Source: an uncultured Thermodesulfobacteriota bacterium
GTDB lineage: Bacteria; Desulfobacterota_D; UBA1144; Nemesobacterales; UBA2774
Assembly (NCBI GenBank): GCA_942491865.1
Contig: CALOCI010000004.1
Coordinates: 789,713 to 853,712 of the forward strand
DNA: 64,000 nucleotides
Direction of reading: 5' to 3'
Of the stretch, positions 7,776-17,253 are shown piece by piece (the stretch's first letter is position 1; each line of letters opens with the position of its first letter). A model generated the notes under the pieces. That model saw nothing but the letters and a program-made list of their open reading frames with translations. It made no database searches and was not told where the DNA came from. The translations under genes were made by a program, and so were the position numbers.

Positions 7776-8261
7776 ATGGAGAACAAACACAACTATCTTA
7801 TTATTCTTATAACTTTATTGTTCTTAACCTACGGGTGCAGTCAGTACAACAAAGTGGCTGATGACCTTGCATTTCTTACTCCTGACAAATTTCAATGCAC
7901 TGTGATGCAGATCTATAGTGGGGATACGTTCCTCTGCCAGCTGTCTGGTCTCGACAATGAAAGAATCAAACTAATTGGAATTACAATTCCTGCTAGTAAG
8001 AAAAAAGAAGCCAAAAACTATACAAAGTCGGTTCTTAAAAGAGGGACATTGGTGAAAATTGAACCGGCAAATGAAATTCGAGATAGTCATGGAAATATTC
8101 CAGCATATGTATTTGTGCCTGGGGGGAAAATGTTGAATATTATGCTAGCCGAGAAAGGACTGGCTGAGATAAATATCCAAGAAATGGATAAGTACAAATC
8201 TTCATTTATCGAAATTCAAAAGAAACGCGAAGTTGAAATAATTGAAGAAACTGAAAATTGA
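7776..8261 (+). CDS. Thermonuclease (SNase)-like lipoprotein
   Basis: Lipobox 'LTYGC'. 'IYSGDTFLC...ERIKLIGITIP' and 'GNIPAYVFVPGGKMLNIMLAEKGLAE' resemble the staphylococcal nuclease fold. AGGAG lies 6 nt before the ATG at 7776, which abuts the znuB stop. Confidence 0.7.
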   Translation: MENKHNYLIILITLLFLTYGCSQYNKVADDLAFLTPDKFQCTVMQIYSGDTFLCQLSGLDNERIKLIGITIPASKKKEAKNYTKSVLKRGTLVKIEPANEIRDSHGNIPAYVFVPGGKMLNIMLAEKGLAEINIQEMDKYKSSFIEIQKKREVEIIEETEN

Positions 8262-8264
8262 TTT

Positions 8265-8525
8265 TTATTTCAAATTATCAAGAGGTATCGATTCATCCAT
8301 AAGCAATATGGGTATTTCATTCCTAATAGGGTAGAGATAATTTCGGGTTTCTTTTGGTAATAAACCACCATCTATTTTTTCAGTAACTTGCTGTTTTGCC
8401 CTATCTAGTAATTCTCCACCTTCAATCAAAGAATTTATCTTATCAACTAGATCATCCTCAGCTATTACTAGGTCCTGTTTGGTTTCAGGACAGGCAATTA
8501 CGTTTAATAAATCCTCACTAATCAT
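8265..8525 (-). CDS. Trm112/UPF0434 family small protein
   Basis: 'LLNVIACPETKQDL' and 'YPIRNEIPILLMDESI'. Internal ATG at 8525 is preceded by GGAG. The longer ORF to 8657 adds a non-homologous hydrophobic extension and overlaps the next gene. Confidence 0.75.
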   Translation of the reverse strand: MISEDLLNVIACPETKQDLVIAEDDLVDKINSLIEGGELLDRAKQQVTEKIDGGLLPKETRNYLYPIRNEIPILLMDESIPLDNLK

Positions 8526-8632
8526 ATATTTCTCCATTGGTATTAATTTGCTATTAAGAATTTTTAATTGGATTGTAGCATATGGTAATTTAGAATACAT
8601 ATATAGAACAAACTTTAAAAGGAGAATAGATA

Positions 8633-9505
8633 ATGAAAAGAGGATTCTTAACAGCACTAAGTATTTTTCTGCTCACCGCGGTTGTAACAATCGGGTGCAA
8701 ACAAAAGACCGAAGAAGTAACTCAAGAAGATGTCGCAAAAACGGAATTAGGTGAGCAAACGGCATCTCCGACTGAAACACCGATAGAGGTCCCTGAAGTC
8801 GTTATTGAAGTCGGCGAGAGGTCTCCAGCTTTTCCGGGAGCTACGGCTCGTTTTTCATCTCTAAAAGATGGGGATGTTCTTGATGACAGCAATGTTTCTG
8901 TTGTAGTGGATGTTGAAAACTATGAGCTTGGAATACAGACGGATACTCCTAGAGCTCAGGAAATCGCAAATTCGGGCAAAGGGCAGCATGCTCATATAAT
9001 ATTGGACAATGACCCTTACTTTGCTAATTATGAAGCAGGCACCCCTTTTGATATCGGCACCTTAGATGAAGGTCCTCATACACTTCTTGTATTTCCAAGC
9101 CGCTCATACCACGAAAGTGTAAAAGCCGAAGGCTCAATTGATATTGTGAATTTTTATGTTGGCAAAGAAGAAGGAGAGTTTCTACTTGATGAATCCGAAC
9201 CTACTATTATATATAGTAGACCTAAAGGGACTTATAAGGGTAAAGATGCTGAAAAAATAATGCTCGACTTTTATCTGATTAATGCTGAACTGGGGGATGA
9301 CTATGAAGCTAAGTATACAATTCGCAAAAACGAGGCTGGCAGCCAAGAATATTCTATTACATTGGGCGAATGGAGCCCTGCTTTCATTACCGGTCTTACC
9401 AGTGGTGAATATATAATTACTCTTCAGCTCTTAGATAGCGACGGAGACTTAGTAGAAGGACCTTTTAATAATACAGAAAGAAAAATCACGGTAGAATCAG
9501 AATAA
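8633..9505 (+). CDS. Lipoprotein of unknown function with His motif 'GQHAHIILDNDP'
   Basis: Lipobox 'VTIGC'. AAGGAG RBS. Acidic mature protein with no recognised family. Confidence 0.6.
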   Translation: MKRGFLTALSIFLLTAVVTIGCKQKTEEVTQEDVAKTELGEQTASPTETPIEVPEVVIEVGERSPAFPGATARFSSLKDGDVLDDSNVSVVVDVENYELGIQTDTPRAQEIANSGKGQHAHIILDNDPYFANYEAGTPFDIGTLDEGPHTLLVFPSRSYHESVKAEGSIDIVNFYVGKEEGEFLLDESEPTIIYSRPKGTYKGKDAEKIMLDFYLINAELGDDYEAKYTIRKNEAGSQEYSITLGEWSPAFITGLTSGEYIITLQLLDSDGDLVEGPFNNTERKITVESE

Positions 9506-9521
9506 GTTAATAACAAATAAT

Positions 9522-9545
9522 AGGGGGAGACTTCTATCTCCCCCT
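9522..9545. terminator. Bidirectional terminator hairpin between convergent genes
   Basis: AGGGGGAGA (9522-9530) pairs with TCTCCCCCT (9537-9545). Flanks are A/T-rich on both sides. Confidence 0.6.
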
Positions 9546-9568
9546 AAAAAGTATCCAACATTAATTTC

Positions 9569-10276
9569 TTAGTTGACGTAAAGTACCCAAGCTCCTTGTT
9601 CTCCCTGCACCTGCCCCTGGAGTTTAACATTATTCCTTTCGGTGCTATTTTCCAAATTCCTAATAGAATCCTCTGTACCATGAAGGGCATATACCTGGCC
9701 GTCATTGGTATGTACTACATGAAGATGCTGATCCTTCTCACTACAAGATGCTGTCGCAACTACTGGCTGAACTGTACCGTCTTCGTAGTTAGGAAGAAGG
9801 CAAACTAAAGTTCCTTCCACAGTCTGGGTAGCGCTTTTATCATCTAAAGCAGAAGAGGATGCTAGAATATAGCCCCTAGTATGGCCCGCCAATTCTCCGG
9901 CAACAGTCTGTTTACCACCCTTCATAGCTTTTGACTGAGCATGAGGGGCAACTATAGCTGCCGATTTATCGGCCGTAACAACTACAAGAGTTCCTGTACA
10001 CTCTTCAAATGATGTAAGACTCTGAAGCTGGCCACCTTGATCCGCCTGAACACAAGCAATTGTTCCTTCCATGGCCTGGGCATCTTCCATACCCATCATT
10101 TCTTTGCCTTTATCCATCATATCTTTACCGTCTTTCATGCTATCGGCCTTATCCATCATATCACTGCCTTTCTGCATAGCATCTGTTGCTTTATCAACAG
10201 AATCGGCAAAAGACTGCCCAGAAAATGCTATTAATCCTAATGCAACAAATAAGAAAAGAATTGCTCCTTTCTTCAT
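9569..10276 (-). CDS. Secreted Met-rich protein with an internal duplication (possible periplasmic metal-binding protein)
   Basis: GGAGG lies 8 nt upstream of the ATG at 10276. Signal peptide 'MKKGAILFLFVALGLIAFSGQSFA'. Met/Asp/Lys-rich tract, then two 'EGT[IL]xC...C' halves. Confidence 0.6.
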   Translation of the reverse strand: MKKGAILFLFVALGLIAFSGQSFADSVDKATDAMQKGSDMMDKADSMKDGKDMMDKGKEMMGMEDAQAMEGTIACVQADQGGQLQSLTSFEECTGTLVVVTADKSAAIVAPHAQSKAMKGGKQTVAGELAGHTRGYILASSSALDDKSATQTVEGTLVCLLPNYEDGTVQPVVATASCSEKDQHLHVVHTNDGQVYALHGTEDSIRNLENSTERNNVKLQGQVQGEQGAWVLYVN

Positions 10277-10529
10277 AATAAATACCTCCGTAAAGTGTTT
10301 TTTGCTCAATTTTTAGGTGTAGTACACCAAATTTTATATCCAAGGTAATATTTTTTTCTAAAAGCCCATAATAAATGTCTAAAGAATGTGTATTTCATTT
10401 ATTTAGCCAACACAGTATACTTATACGTACTAATTTGAGTTTCGGTTCTTTATTTTAGACCCGTATTTACAAATCTTTTTCTTGTGGAATACTTAGTAAC
10501 CTGTTTTATGGATTAAGAAGGAGAAAATA

Positions 10530-10769
10530 ATGGCACAGAAAGACATGATAACTGGGACAAAACCGCTGGTAGGAAACCACGTATCACACGCTAACAATAA
10601 AGTTAAGCGTCGCCAGCACCCAAATCTTCAATGGAAAAAGATTTATGTTCCTGAGCTTGACCGAAGTATCAGACTTAGAATTACCATGAGGACTTACAGA
10701 ACGATTACTAAAAAGGGTCTTCTTGCGGTCTTAAAAGATAATGGTCTGACCTTAAAAGACGTAACATAG
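10530..10769 (+). CDS. rpmB: 50S ribosomal protein L28
   Basis: 'TGTKPLVGNHVSHANNKVKRRQHPNLQ' signature. AAGGAG RBS. Confidence 0.95.
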   Translation: MAQKDMITGTKPLVGNHVSHANNKVKRRQHPNLQWKKIYVPELDRSIRLRITMRTYRTITKKGLLAVLKDNGLTLKDVT

Positions 10770-10813
10770 TTATAACTATTTAATCAGCCTTAAGTTATAG
10801 TATTAAATATATT

Positions 10814-11242
10814 ATGTTCACCTCTTCGAAAACCGTACTTAAGATTTTTTCTACTACGGCGCTACTTAGTGCTTATGGAATTCTAAAAAGCACTAAGAAT
10901 CTAAATGAGTTAATAGATACTGCATCTAAAGAAATAGACTTCGGCAAGAAAAAGATAATTTCCATTCAAAGTGAGATTAGAGTGCTTATTGCTATGCTCA
11001 AATCTTGGGTCAAAGGTGATTATACAGATATACCTTGGATGACTTTACTTTTATCAGTAGGTGCGCTTGTATACTTTGTTAATCCATTAGACGCTGTACC
11101 CGACATCGTCCCTGCAGTCGGGCTTTTAGATGACGCAACTGTAATTGGTTTTGTCCTAGCCTCGATTAAACAAGACCTCCAGAACTTCAAAATCTATAAC
11201 TCAACCAAAGTTGAAGAATCACAACAATTTAATCCCGCTTAA
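10814..11242 (+). CDS. DUF1232 (YkvA-like) membrane protein
   Basis: 'NPLDAVPDIVPAVGLLDDATVIGFVL' motif. Confidence 0.7.
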   Translation: MFTSSKTVLKIFSTTALLSAYGILKSTKNLNELIDTASKEIDFGKKKIISIQSEIRVLIAMLKSWVKGDYTDIPWMTLLLSVGALVYFVNPLDAVPDIVPAVGLLDDATVIGFVLASIKQDLQNFKIYNSTKVEESQQFNPA

Positions 11243-11254
11243 ATTGAAGAACCT

Positions 11255-13210
11255 TTACCCTTCTTTATGTTCGTGCTGTTCCCTGAGCTGATTTACAACC
11301 GAGGGATCCGCAAGAGTTGTGGTATCTCCCAAGACTTCGCCCTCGGCAATATTTCTAAGAAGTCTCCTCATTATCTTCCCGCTTCTGGTCTTGGGCAGCT
11401 CTGCTGTGAAGATAATATCATCCGGTCTTGCTATGGCTCCGATTTTTTTGGCCACATGTTTTTTTAAATCATCAAGTAATTTTGGGGTCTGTTTAATTCC
11501 TGACTTAAGTGTTGTAAATGCTACAATAGCCTGTCCTTTCAAATCGTGAGCCTTACCGACGACTGCAGCTTCTGCAACAGATTTATGATCTACAAGCGCA
11601 CTCTCTACTTCCATTGTGCTGATCCTGTGTCCTGCTACGTTCATTACATCGTCTACTCTGCCGAGAACCCATATATATCCATCTTTGTCTCTCTTAGCGC
11701 CATCACCCGTGAAATAAATTCCTGGGTACTTACTCCAGTAGGTATCAACATATCGTTTCCGATCACCATAAATTCCTCTTAACATGGAAGGCCATGGACT
11801 CGTGAGAACAAGATATCCCGCCCCGACTTTGACTCTATTGCCATCTTCATCAACAACATCTGCATCTATCCCAGGGAAGGGTATTGTAGCTGACCCTGGT
11901 TTAAGCTTGGTATGTCCCGGAAGAGCAGTGATCAATATGGATCCTGTTTCTGTCTGCCACCAAGTGTCTACAATTGGGCAGCATTTCCCACCTATATGCT
12001 CGTGATACCACATCCAAGCTTCAGGATTAATTGGCTCGCCTACCGAGCCCAAAAGACGAAGAGAGCTTAAATCGTACTTTCTCGGATGCTCTTCCCCCCA
12101 CTTCATGAATGCTCTAATTGCTGTTGGTGCTGTATAGAAAATTGTCACTGCATATTTTTCAACTATTGCCCAGAATCGGCCAATATCTGGATAATCAGGG
12201 GCGCCTTCATACATTATTGATGTAGCTCCATTAGCAAGCGGGCCATAAATGATATAACTGTGCCCTGTAACCCATCCTATATCCGCTGTGCACCAATACG
12301 TATCCTCTTCTTTCATATCAAAAACAAGCTTGGTAGTTGCATATGCCCCAACCATATAGCCGCCGGTCGTATGAACAATTCCTTTAGGTTTGCCAGTGGT
12401 GCCACTTGTATACAGAAGAAAGAGCATATCCTCAGAATCCATTTTCTCAGGAGCACAAAAGGAATCTGCTTCTTCCATTAACTTATGCCACCAATAATCA
12501 CGTCCTCTTTTCATTCTTACTTTTTCTTTATCTCCAACTCTATTTACTACAACAACTTTCTTTATTGAAGGCGTTTTTTTGATTGCTTCATCTGCATTTT
12601 TCTTAAGCGGAATAACTTTCCCTCTTCTATAACCGCCATCAGATGTTATGAGGAGATTGGATTTACAATCTATTATTCTATCTCGAAGACTTTCAGCACT
12701 GAATCCTCCAAAAACTATGCTATGAGGAGCACCAATTCTGGCACATGCGAGCATTGCAATAGCAAGCTCAGGGATCATTGGGAGATAAATTGTGACTCTG
12801 TCACCTTTCTTGACTCCAAGGCTTTTTAGAACATTTGCGAACTTGTTTACTTCCCTGTAAAGCTCCCAATAAGTAAGTGTGATGCTTTCTCCAAACTCTC
12901 CTTCCCAAATAATTGCAGCTTTATTTTTCCTAGCTGTATCTATATGCCTATCAAGGCAGTTATATGAGGCGTTTAATTTGCCGCCGACAAACCATTTTGT
13001 GTCAGGCGCCTTCCATGTATGAACCTTTCTCCACTTCTTAAACCAAACAAGTTCCTGGGCAAAATCTTCCCAATGCTTTTCTCTATTCCTTTTGGCTTTT
13101 CGATAAATCTGATCGTCTTTGATATGAGCTTTTTCTCTGAATTGTTTGCTGGGAGAAAAAGTGCGTGCTTCTTTTAGTAATGCTTCAATAGTCTTTTCCT
13201 TCTTGGCCAT
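11255..13210 (-). CDS. acs: Acetyl-CoA synthetase
   Basis: 651 aa. AMP-binding '[11 protein letters not shown]'. 'WWQTETG' and '[12 protein letters not shown]' motifs. Confidence 0.95.
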   Translation of the reverse strand: MAKKEKTIEALLKEARTFSPSKQFREKAHIKDDQIYRKAKRNREKHWEDFAQELVWFKKWRKVHTWKAPDTKWFVGGKLNASYNCLDRHIDTARKNKAAIIWEGEFGESITLTYWELYREVNKFANVLKSLGVKKGDRVTIYLPMIPELAIAMLACARIGAPHSIVFGGFSAESLRDRIIDCKSNLLITSDGGYRRGKVIPLKKNADEAIKKTPSIKKVVVVNRVGDKEKVRMKRGRDYWWHKLMEEADSFCAPEKMDSEDMLFLLYTSGTTGKPKGIVHTTGGYMVGAYATTKLVFDMKEEDTYWCTADIGWVTGHSYIIYGPLANGATSIMYEGAPDYPDIGRFWAIVEKYAVTIFYTAPTAIRAFMKWGEEHPRKYDLSSLRLLGSVGEPINPEAWMWYHEHIGGKCCPIVDTWWQTETGSILITALPGHTKLKPGSATIPFPGIDADVVDEDGNRVKVGAGYLVLTSPWPSMLRGIYGDRKRYVDTYWSKYPGIYFTGDGAKRDKDGYIWVLGRVDDVMNVAGHRISTMEVESALVDHKSVAEAAVVGKAHDLKGQAIVAFTTLKSGIKQTPKLLDDLKKHVAKKIGAIARPDDIIFTAELPKTRSGKIMRRLLRNIAEGEVLGDTTTLADPSVVNQLREQHEHKEG

Positions 13211-13330
13211 TTAAGAGCCCCCTTGAGATGGAGTGGAAGTGATATATTCAATACTAACAAATAATAATAATGTTTTGAACAGTTTTATACCACTAACATT
13301 TTACAATGGTCTTATTCGGAAAGATTCTAG

Positions 13331-13370
13331 AAAATAAAAAAGCCCCTATCTTAATTAAAAGAGAGGGGCT
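13331..13370 (-). terminator. Rho-independent terminator of the 13411..14598 gene
   Basis: AGCCCCT (13341-13347) pairs with AGGGGCT (13364-13370). The A-run at 13331-13340 gives a T-tract on the minus strand. Confidence 0.55.
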
Positions 13371-13410
13371 ATAATCCAACATTCCTAAAATTTTATTTTT
13401 TATTCTTAGT

Positions 13411-14598
13411 CTACGCTTTAACTATTCTTCTTCTGGCAACCATAAATCCAACAATGCCTAAAATAGCCGCCATAGAAATCAATCCCCATTCCGAAAGTGT
13501 AGGCACAGTTGCAGTTAAATCTCTCTGAACATCGCAAGAACCCAAGAGTCTTGGATCAGCTCCAGGTTCTAAAAATTGATAAAAATCCTCGATTTCGATA
13601 TTTGATACAAATAAAGAAGCAAGAACTGGGCTATTAACCGGCACCTTTATAATATTAGGTTCGTCAGGATCTCCACCATCATCCCCTAGAAATAAATTCA
13701 TATCATTACCAATACAAACTCCGCCTTCTAAATCAGCATCATTACCAGTCAATGCAGATATTTCAGCATCAGTGATTAATATCTCAGGAGAACAAGTATC
13801 CGGGTCAACTTCTATAATGCAGTCACAATCCCCATCATCACCAACGTAGATCTTATTACTTATTGCCATGCCTACATCCAAATCAATACTTACAGTACCT
13901 GTTGCTGCTTGTAACTCAGCTTGGGTGCACAGGATAGAAAGATCACCAGCAGGGGTCAATTTAAAGATTACACTGTCCACATCATTACTGTTGTCATCAT
14001 TAGCAATGTATATATTTCCTTGATCATCTATTGCGATACCTCCTTCGAGGTCTACATTTGTCACCAATGCCTCAAAATCTGCTTTATCTGCTAATATTTT
14101 TATCAGATTAGGATTGGTAATAGGTATTGAAACATTAGTAGGAAACTCAAATATCACTTCATTGTCTTCATCCGCCGCAACTAGAGAACCTGTGACTGGA
14201 TTGATATCCATACCATTATCCCAGTCTACAGTTAAAGGAACTAACATGTTAACTACCGTGTCACTAACAAATAAGTTAAGGTCCCCATTTGGAGCTGCAA
14301 CTAAAATGTCATCAGATGTGTCCTCACTGAAATATACAAACCCACCTAGACCAGTAGTAAGTCCTGTATCTCCACAGTCTGATTGTGTTAAGCCAGTAAC
14401 CGCTAAGATTTGATCATTTGAAATGAACTCTGAAAGAAAACCACCTGGAGTAATTTGCAAGATTGAACATGCATCGTTATCATCACCCTCTAGGGAAAGA
14501 TCTACCTGGAAAAATATATCCCCTTCTGCTGCTTTTGAGCTCGTGGAAAACGAAATCAACAAAAGAAATAACACTAAACCGCCAAATAACTTTTTCAT
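13411..14598 (-). CDS. Secreted acidic repeat protein with an IPTL-CTERM-type C-terminal sorting signal
   Basis: Signal peptide. Repeated 'I.(K/Q)(L/I)TP.G.LS...I.A.TG' modules. C-terminus 'VPTLSEWGLISMAAILGIVGFMVARRRIVKA'. Confidence 0.7.
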   Translation of the reverse strand: MKKLFGGLVLFLLLISFSTSSKAAEGDIFFQVDLSLEGDDNDACSILQITPGGFLSEFISNDQILAVTGLTQSDCGDTGLTTGLGGFVYFSEDTSDDILVAAPNGDLNLFVSDTVVNMLVPLTVDWDNGMDINPVTGSLVAADEDNEVIFEFPTNVSIPITNPNLIKILADKADFEALVTNVDLEGGIAIDDQGNIYIANDDNSNDVDSVIFKLTPAGDLSILCTQAELQAATGTVSIDLDVGMAISNKIYVGDDGDCDCIIEVDPDTCSPEILITDAEISALTGNDADLEGGVCIGNDMNLFLGDDGGDPDEPNIIKVPVNSPVLASLFVSNIEIEDFYQFLEPGADPRLLGSCDVQRDLTATVPTLSEWGLISMAAILGIVGFMVARRRIVKA

Positions 14599-14696
14599 AA
14601 TATCCCCCTTCTATTTGCAATACAATGATTTGTAATAGCTTGGAAACCGCTTAAAACTCCATCAATTGTACCATAGATACAAATTTCTATATATAT

Positions 14697-16421
14697 CTAA
14701 TTTGACTTGTGATCAAAAAATGGCGGAGGTAATAACGGAAGCTTCTCTTTTTTGGAGGATTTACGCTGGAACTCTATTTCAGATACCAAAATACTAGGCG
14801 CCACTGTAGAAACAGGTACATAACCTGACTCTGCTCCACAGAAACCATTAAAGACCGAGTAATCATCACCAGTTGCAATGATTTTATTAATTGAAACCAA
14901 AGGCGTTCCAACTATTTCTATATCCCGCACGGGAGTTTCTTCGCCAGTTTCGGGATCAACTTTGTAAATAACTACTGGAGTTGCTCTATATGCCTGGAAA
15001 TTGTAAGAGGAAGTATTTGTTTCACCTCCTTTCATGCTTTTAATTAAGAGGCCAAAAGGCTTATTCTGCCGCTTAACTTCTTCTATTAGGAGCTCTTTTA
15101 ACTTTTCCTGAGGATATTCTGTTTTGGACTCAATAATAGTATTACTCATCCTTGCTATCGGAGCGCGGCCGTAAGACGCCCTGCCATGACCATTGGATCT
15201 TTCAAACCCATTAACAGGAGTTCTGGATAATAGAAAGTTTTTTAATACCCCGTCTTCTATTAGAACGACTCTTTCTCCCGGCACTCCCTGATCATCAAAT
15301 GGATAATATCCCATCAAGTGTCTTCCATTGAAGTTCTTCTTTGACGGGTCGTCAATTATAGAGAGAAAAGAAGGTATGACTTTATGGCCAACTTTTTCTT
15401 TAAAGGTCTGGCCTTCATCATCGTCAATCTGCCTCTCACCCTCTAGCCTATGCCCAACAGCTTCGTGAAAAACTACTCCAGCCGCTTCGGGTTCAAGTAG
15501 TGCAGGCACGTTTATAGGAGAGAGCACCTCAGCATTCCTCATTTCAAGAGTTTCCTCTATCATCTCTTTCACTACGGATTTAATCTCTTCTACACTTGGT
15601 ATATCTTCTGGAGAGACATAATAAAGATTTCTATAATTGCTTATCTCCTTGCCGTCTTCAGCTCTCGCAACCACCTGAGCATCTATTGAATATAGAATTT
15701 CGTCCCTTATATATTTGGTCCCCTCAGTGTTTACAAAATAGACTGTTTCCTGCTGTGCTGTGATTACAATATCTGCATTTGTGAGCTCTTTGTAATTTTT
15801 GTAGACTGAAGAAATATCTCTTATCTTGTCTTCCCATTCTGGTGCATTGAAAGCTAACTCAATCTCAGGGCCGAAATATGCATGACTTTTCTCACGCGTG
15901 AAGCTTTTAGAGTCAAGATCCTTTATCTCCTGGACCTTATTAGCTTTTTTATTGAAATACTGCGTTAGGGCTTCTTTATATGTATGGTCAGTAACTTGCC
16001 AGAGCGCGGCCCTGATAGCCTCAGGGTTATTATCTATTGGTACGTCGAAGGAGTCATGAAAACCCAATCTCCCACCTGAGCGGCCCTTAATGGAGTTATC
16101 AAAATCATAATCACCAACCCTGACATCAACGTACAAACGTCTTATCCGGTTACTATCAGAAGAGGCTATTGCGCCGTACTTCCCTTTTATGCTATAAAAC
16201 TCATTGTCTTTAATTTGGTAACTTATGAAATATGGGGTTTCGTAACCTTCAAGCTTAAGCTCATTCTGCGAACGAGTAAGTTCACCCTGCATTGCTTGTA
16301 AAACCACAAGATCACTTCTTTCGGATTCCTGCGCTATGGATACTGTAAAAGATGAAATAAGAAGGCTGAGAAGTAATGTAGGTATATATGAGTTCTGAAT
16401 ATTCATTAATTTAAAGACCAT
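14697..16421 (-). CDS. TldD/PmbA-family metallopeptidase homologue with a signal peptide
   Basis: 'HEAVGHRLEG' zinc motif and TldD-like C-terminal region. The N-terminal hydrophobic leader 'PTLLLSLLISSFTVSIAQ' implies export. Confidence 0.8.
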   Translation of the reverse strand: MVFKLMNIQNSYIPTLLLSLLISSFTVSIAQESERSDLVVLQAMQGELTRSQNELKLEGYETPYFISYQIKDNEFYSIKGKYGAIASSDSNRIRRLYVDVRVGDYDFDNSIKGRSGGRLGFHDSFDVPIDNNPEAIRAALWQVTDHTYKEALTQYFNKKANKVQEIKDLDSKSFTREKSHAYFGPEIELAFNAPEWEDKIRDISSVYKNYKELTNADIVITAQQETVYFVNTEGTKYIRDEILYSIDAQVVARAEDGKEISNYRNLYYVSPEDIPSVEEIKSVVKEMIEETLEMRNAEVLSPINVPALLEPEAAGVVFHEAVGHRLEGERQIDDDEGQTFKEKVGHKVIPSFLSIIDDPSKKNFNGRHLMGYYPFDDQGVPGERVVLIEDGVLKNFLLSRTPVNGFERSNGHGRASYGRAPIARMSNTIIESKTEYPQEKLKELLIEEVKRQNKPFGLLIKSMKGGETNTSSYNFQAYRATPVVIYKVDPETGEETPVRDIEIVGTPLVSINKIIATGDDYSVFNGFCGAESGYVPVSTVAPSILVSEIEFQRKSSKKEKLPLLPPPFFDHKSN

Positions 16422-16478
16422 ATTAAAAAGATTACTCCGATAGCTATGGATGTAAAGAATATTTATGTTAATTGAGAA

Positions 16479-17189
16479 CTAAAGATCACTAACTACATTA
16501 TGGAGGAATTTGCTCAGTGAATCTGATGCAAATGAGGTGTTTTTAAATCTAAATTTTAGATATGGAGTCATTAAATCCGGATGCGCTTTGAAATAATGTT
16601 CAGCTTTGTCAAAATCGAACTTGCCATCAGATCCATATAATGCAGCCATATCCGGAAGTCTTTCTTTGGAGTCGTCAGATACGGCGCGTACAGAAACCAC
16701 CAGCGTTTTGCTTTGCCGGGCAGCCTCTGCTACTCCCCATGTTTCCATATCTACAACCAACGCATTTGATTGTTCTAGTAAGCGCTTTTTTTCTTCCGGT
16801 TCATTAATAAACCTGCTTTCAGTAAGTATTCGCCCCTTTATATAATCGGCCTCTGAGCAAGAAAAGTCAGAGTATAGTTCTTTAGCTTCATTCTTCTTCA
16901 AGCTAATCACTGATTCTCCTAAAATAATATCGCCTACATTTAGATCAGAACTAAGGGCACCGCAAAAACCTGCAAGGATAATGAGAGAGGGTTTAAATTT
17001 TTGAATAACAAAACTAGCTCCTGCCCTTGCTCTTCTTATTCCAACTCCTGTTTCAGCTGTGATAATTGATTGGCCGGACATCTCACCTATGATATAGGTC
17101 AATTCTCCTGAGCAACCTTGTTCAGAAACATTTATGTCCTGTTTTAAATGTCTGATCTCATCCCAGGTTGCTGTAAGTAGTGCTATCAA
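16479..17189 (-). CDS. Nucleoside phosphorylase/nucleosidase-fold protein (PNP_UDP_1 family; MtnN/MqnB/HpnG-like, not resolved)
   Basis: 'IILAGFCGAL', 'VGDII' and 'VVDMETWGVAEA' motifs. Confidence 0.65.
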   Translation of the reverse strand: MIALLTATWDEIRHLKQDINVSEQGCSGELTYIIGEMSGQSIITAETGVGIRRARAGASFVIQKFKPSLIILAGFCGALSSDLNVGDIILGESVISLKKNEAKELYSDFSCSEADYIKGRILTESRFINEPEEKKRLLEQSNALVVDMETWGVAEAARQSKTLVVSVRAVSDDSKERLPDMAALYGSDGKFDFDKAEHYFKAHPDLMTPYLKFRFKNTSFASDSLSKFLHNVVSDL

Positions 17190-17253
17190 TTCTGTAACCT
17201 CATTTTGTTAAATATTATATCAATCGAAGAGAAGTAAGAAAAATATAAAATGT

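Noticed and set aside
8526-8657. N-terminal 44-codon extension of the Trm112-like ORF, and plus-strand ORF 8479..8754
   Set aside because: The extension is hydrophobic and unlike the family, and it overlaps the start of the 8633 lipoprotein gene. The internal ATG at 8525 has a GGAG RBS. The plus-strand ORF is antisense or out of frame to better-supported genes.
10530-10769. Idea that rpmB is a Zur-regulated zinc-independent ribosomal protein paralogue, because it sits next to the metal island
   Set aside because: It is the only L28 gene visible. I found no operator-like site in 10310-10529. L28 commonly lacks a Cys4 zinc ribbon, so lack of Cys carries no information.
11267-12481. Five plus-strand ORFs (66-78 aa) inside acs
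   Set aside because: All are antisense to an unambiguous 651-aa acetyl-CoA synthetase and have no RBS or recognisable sequence.
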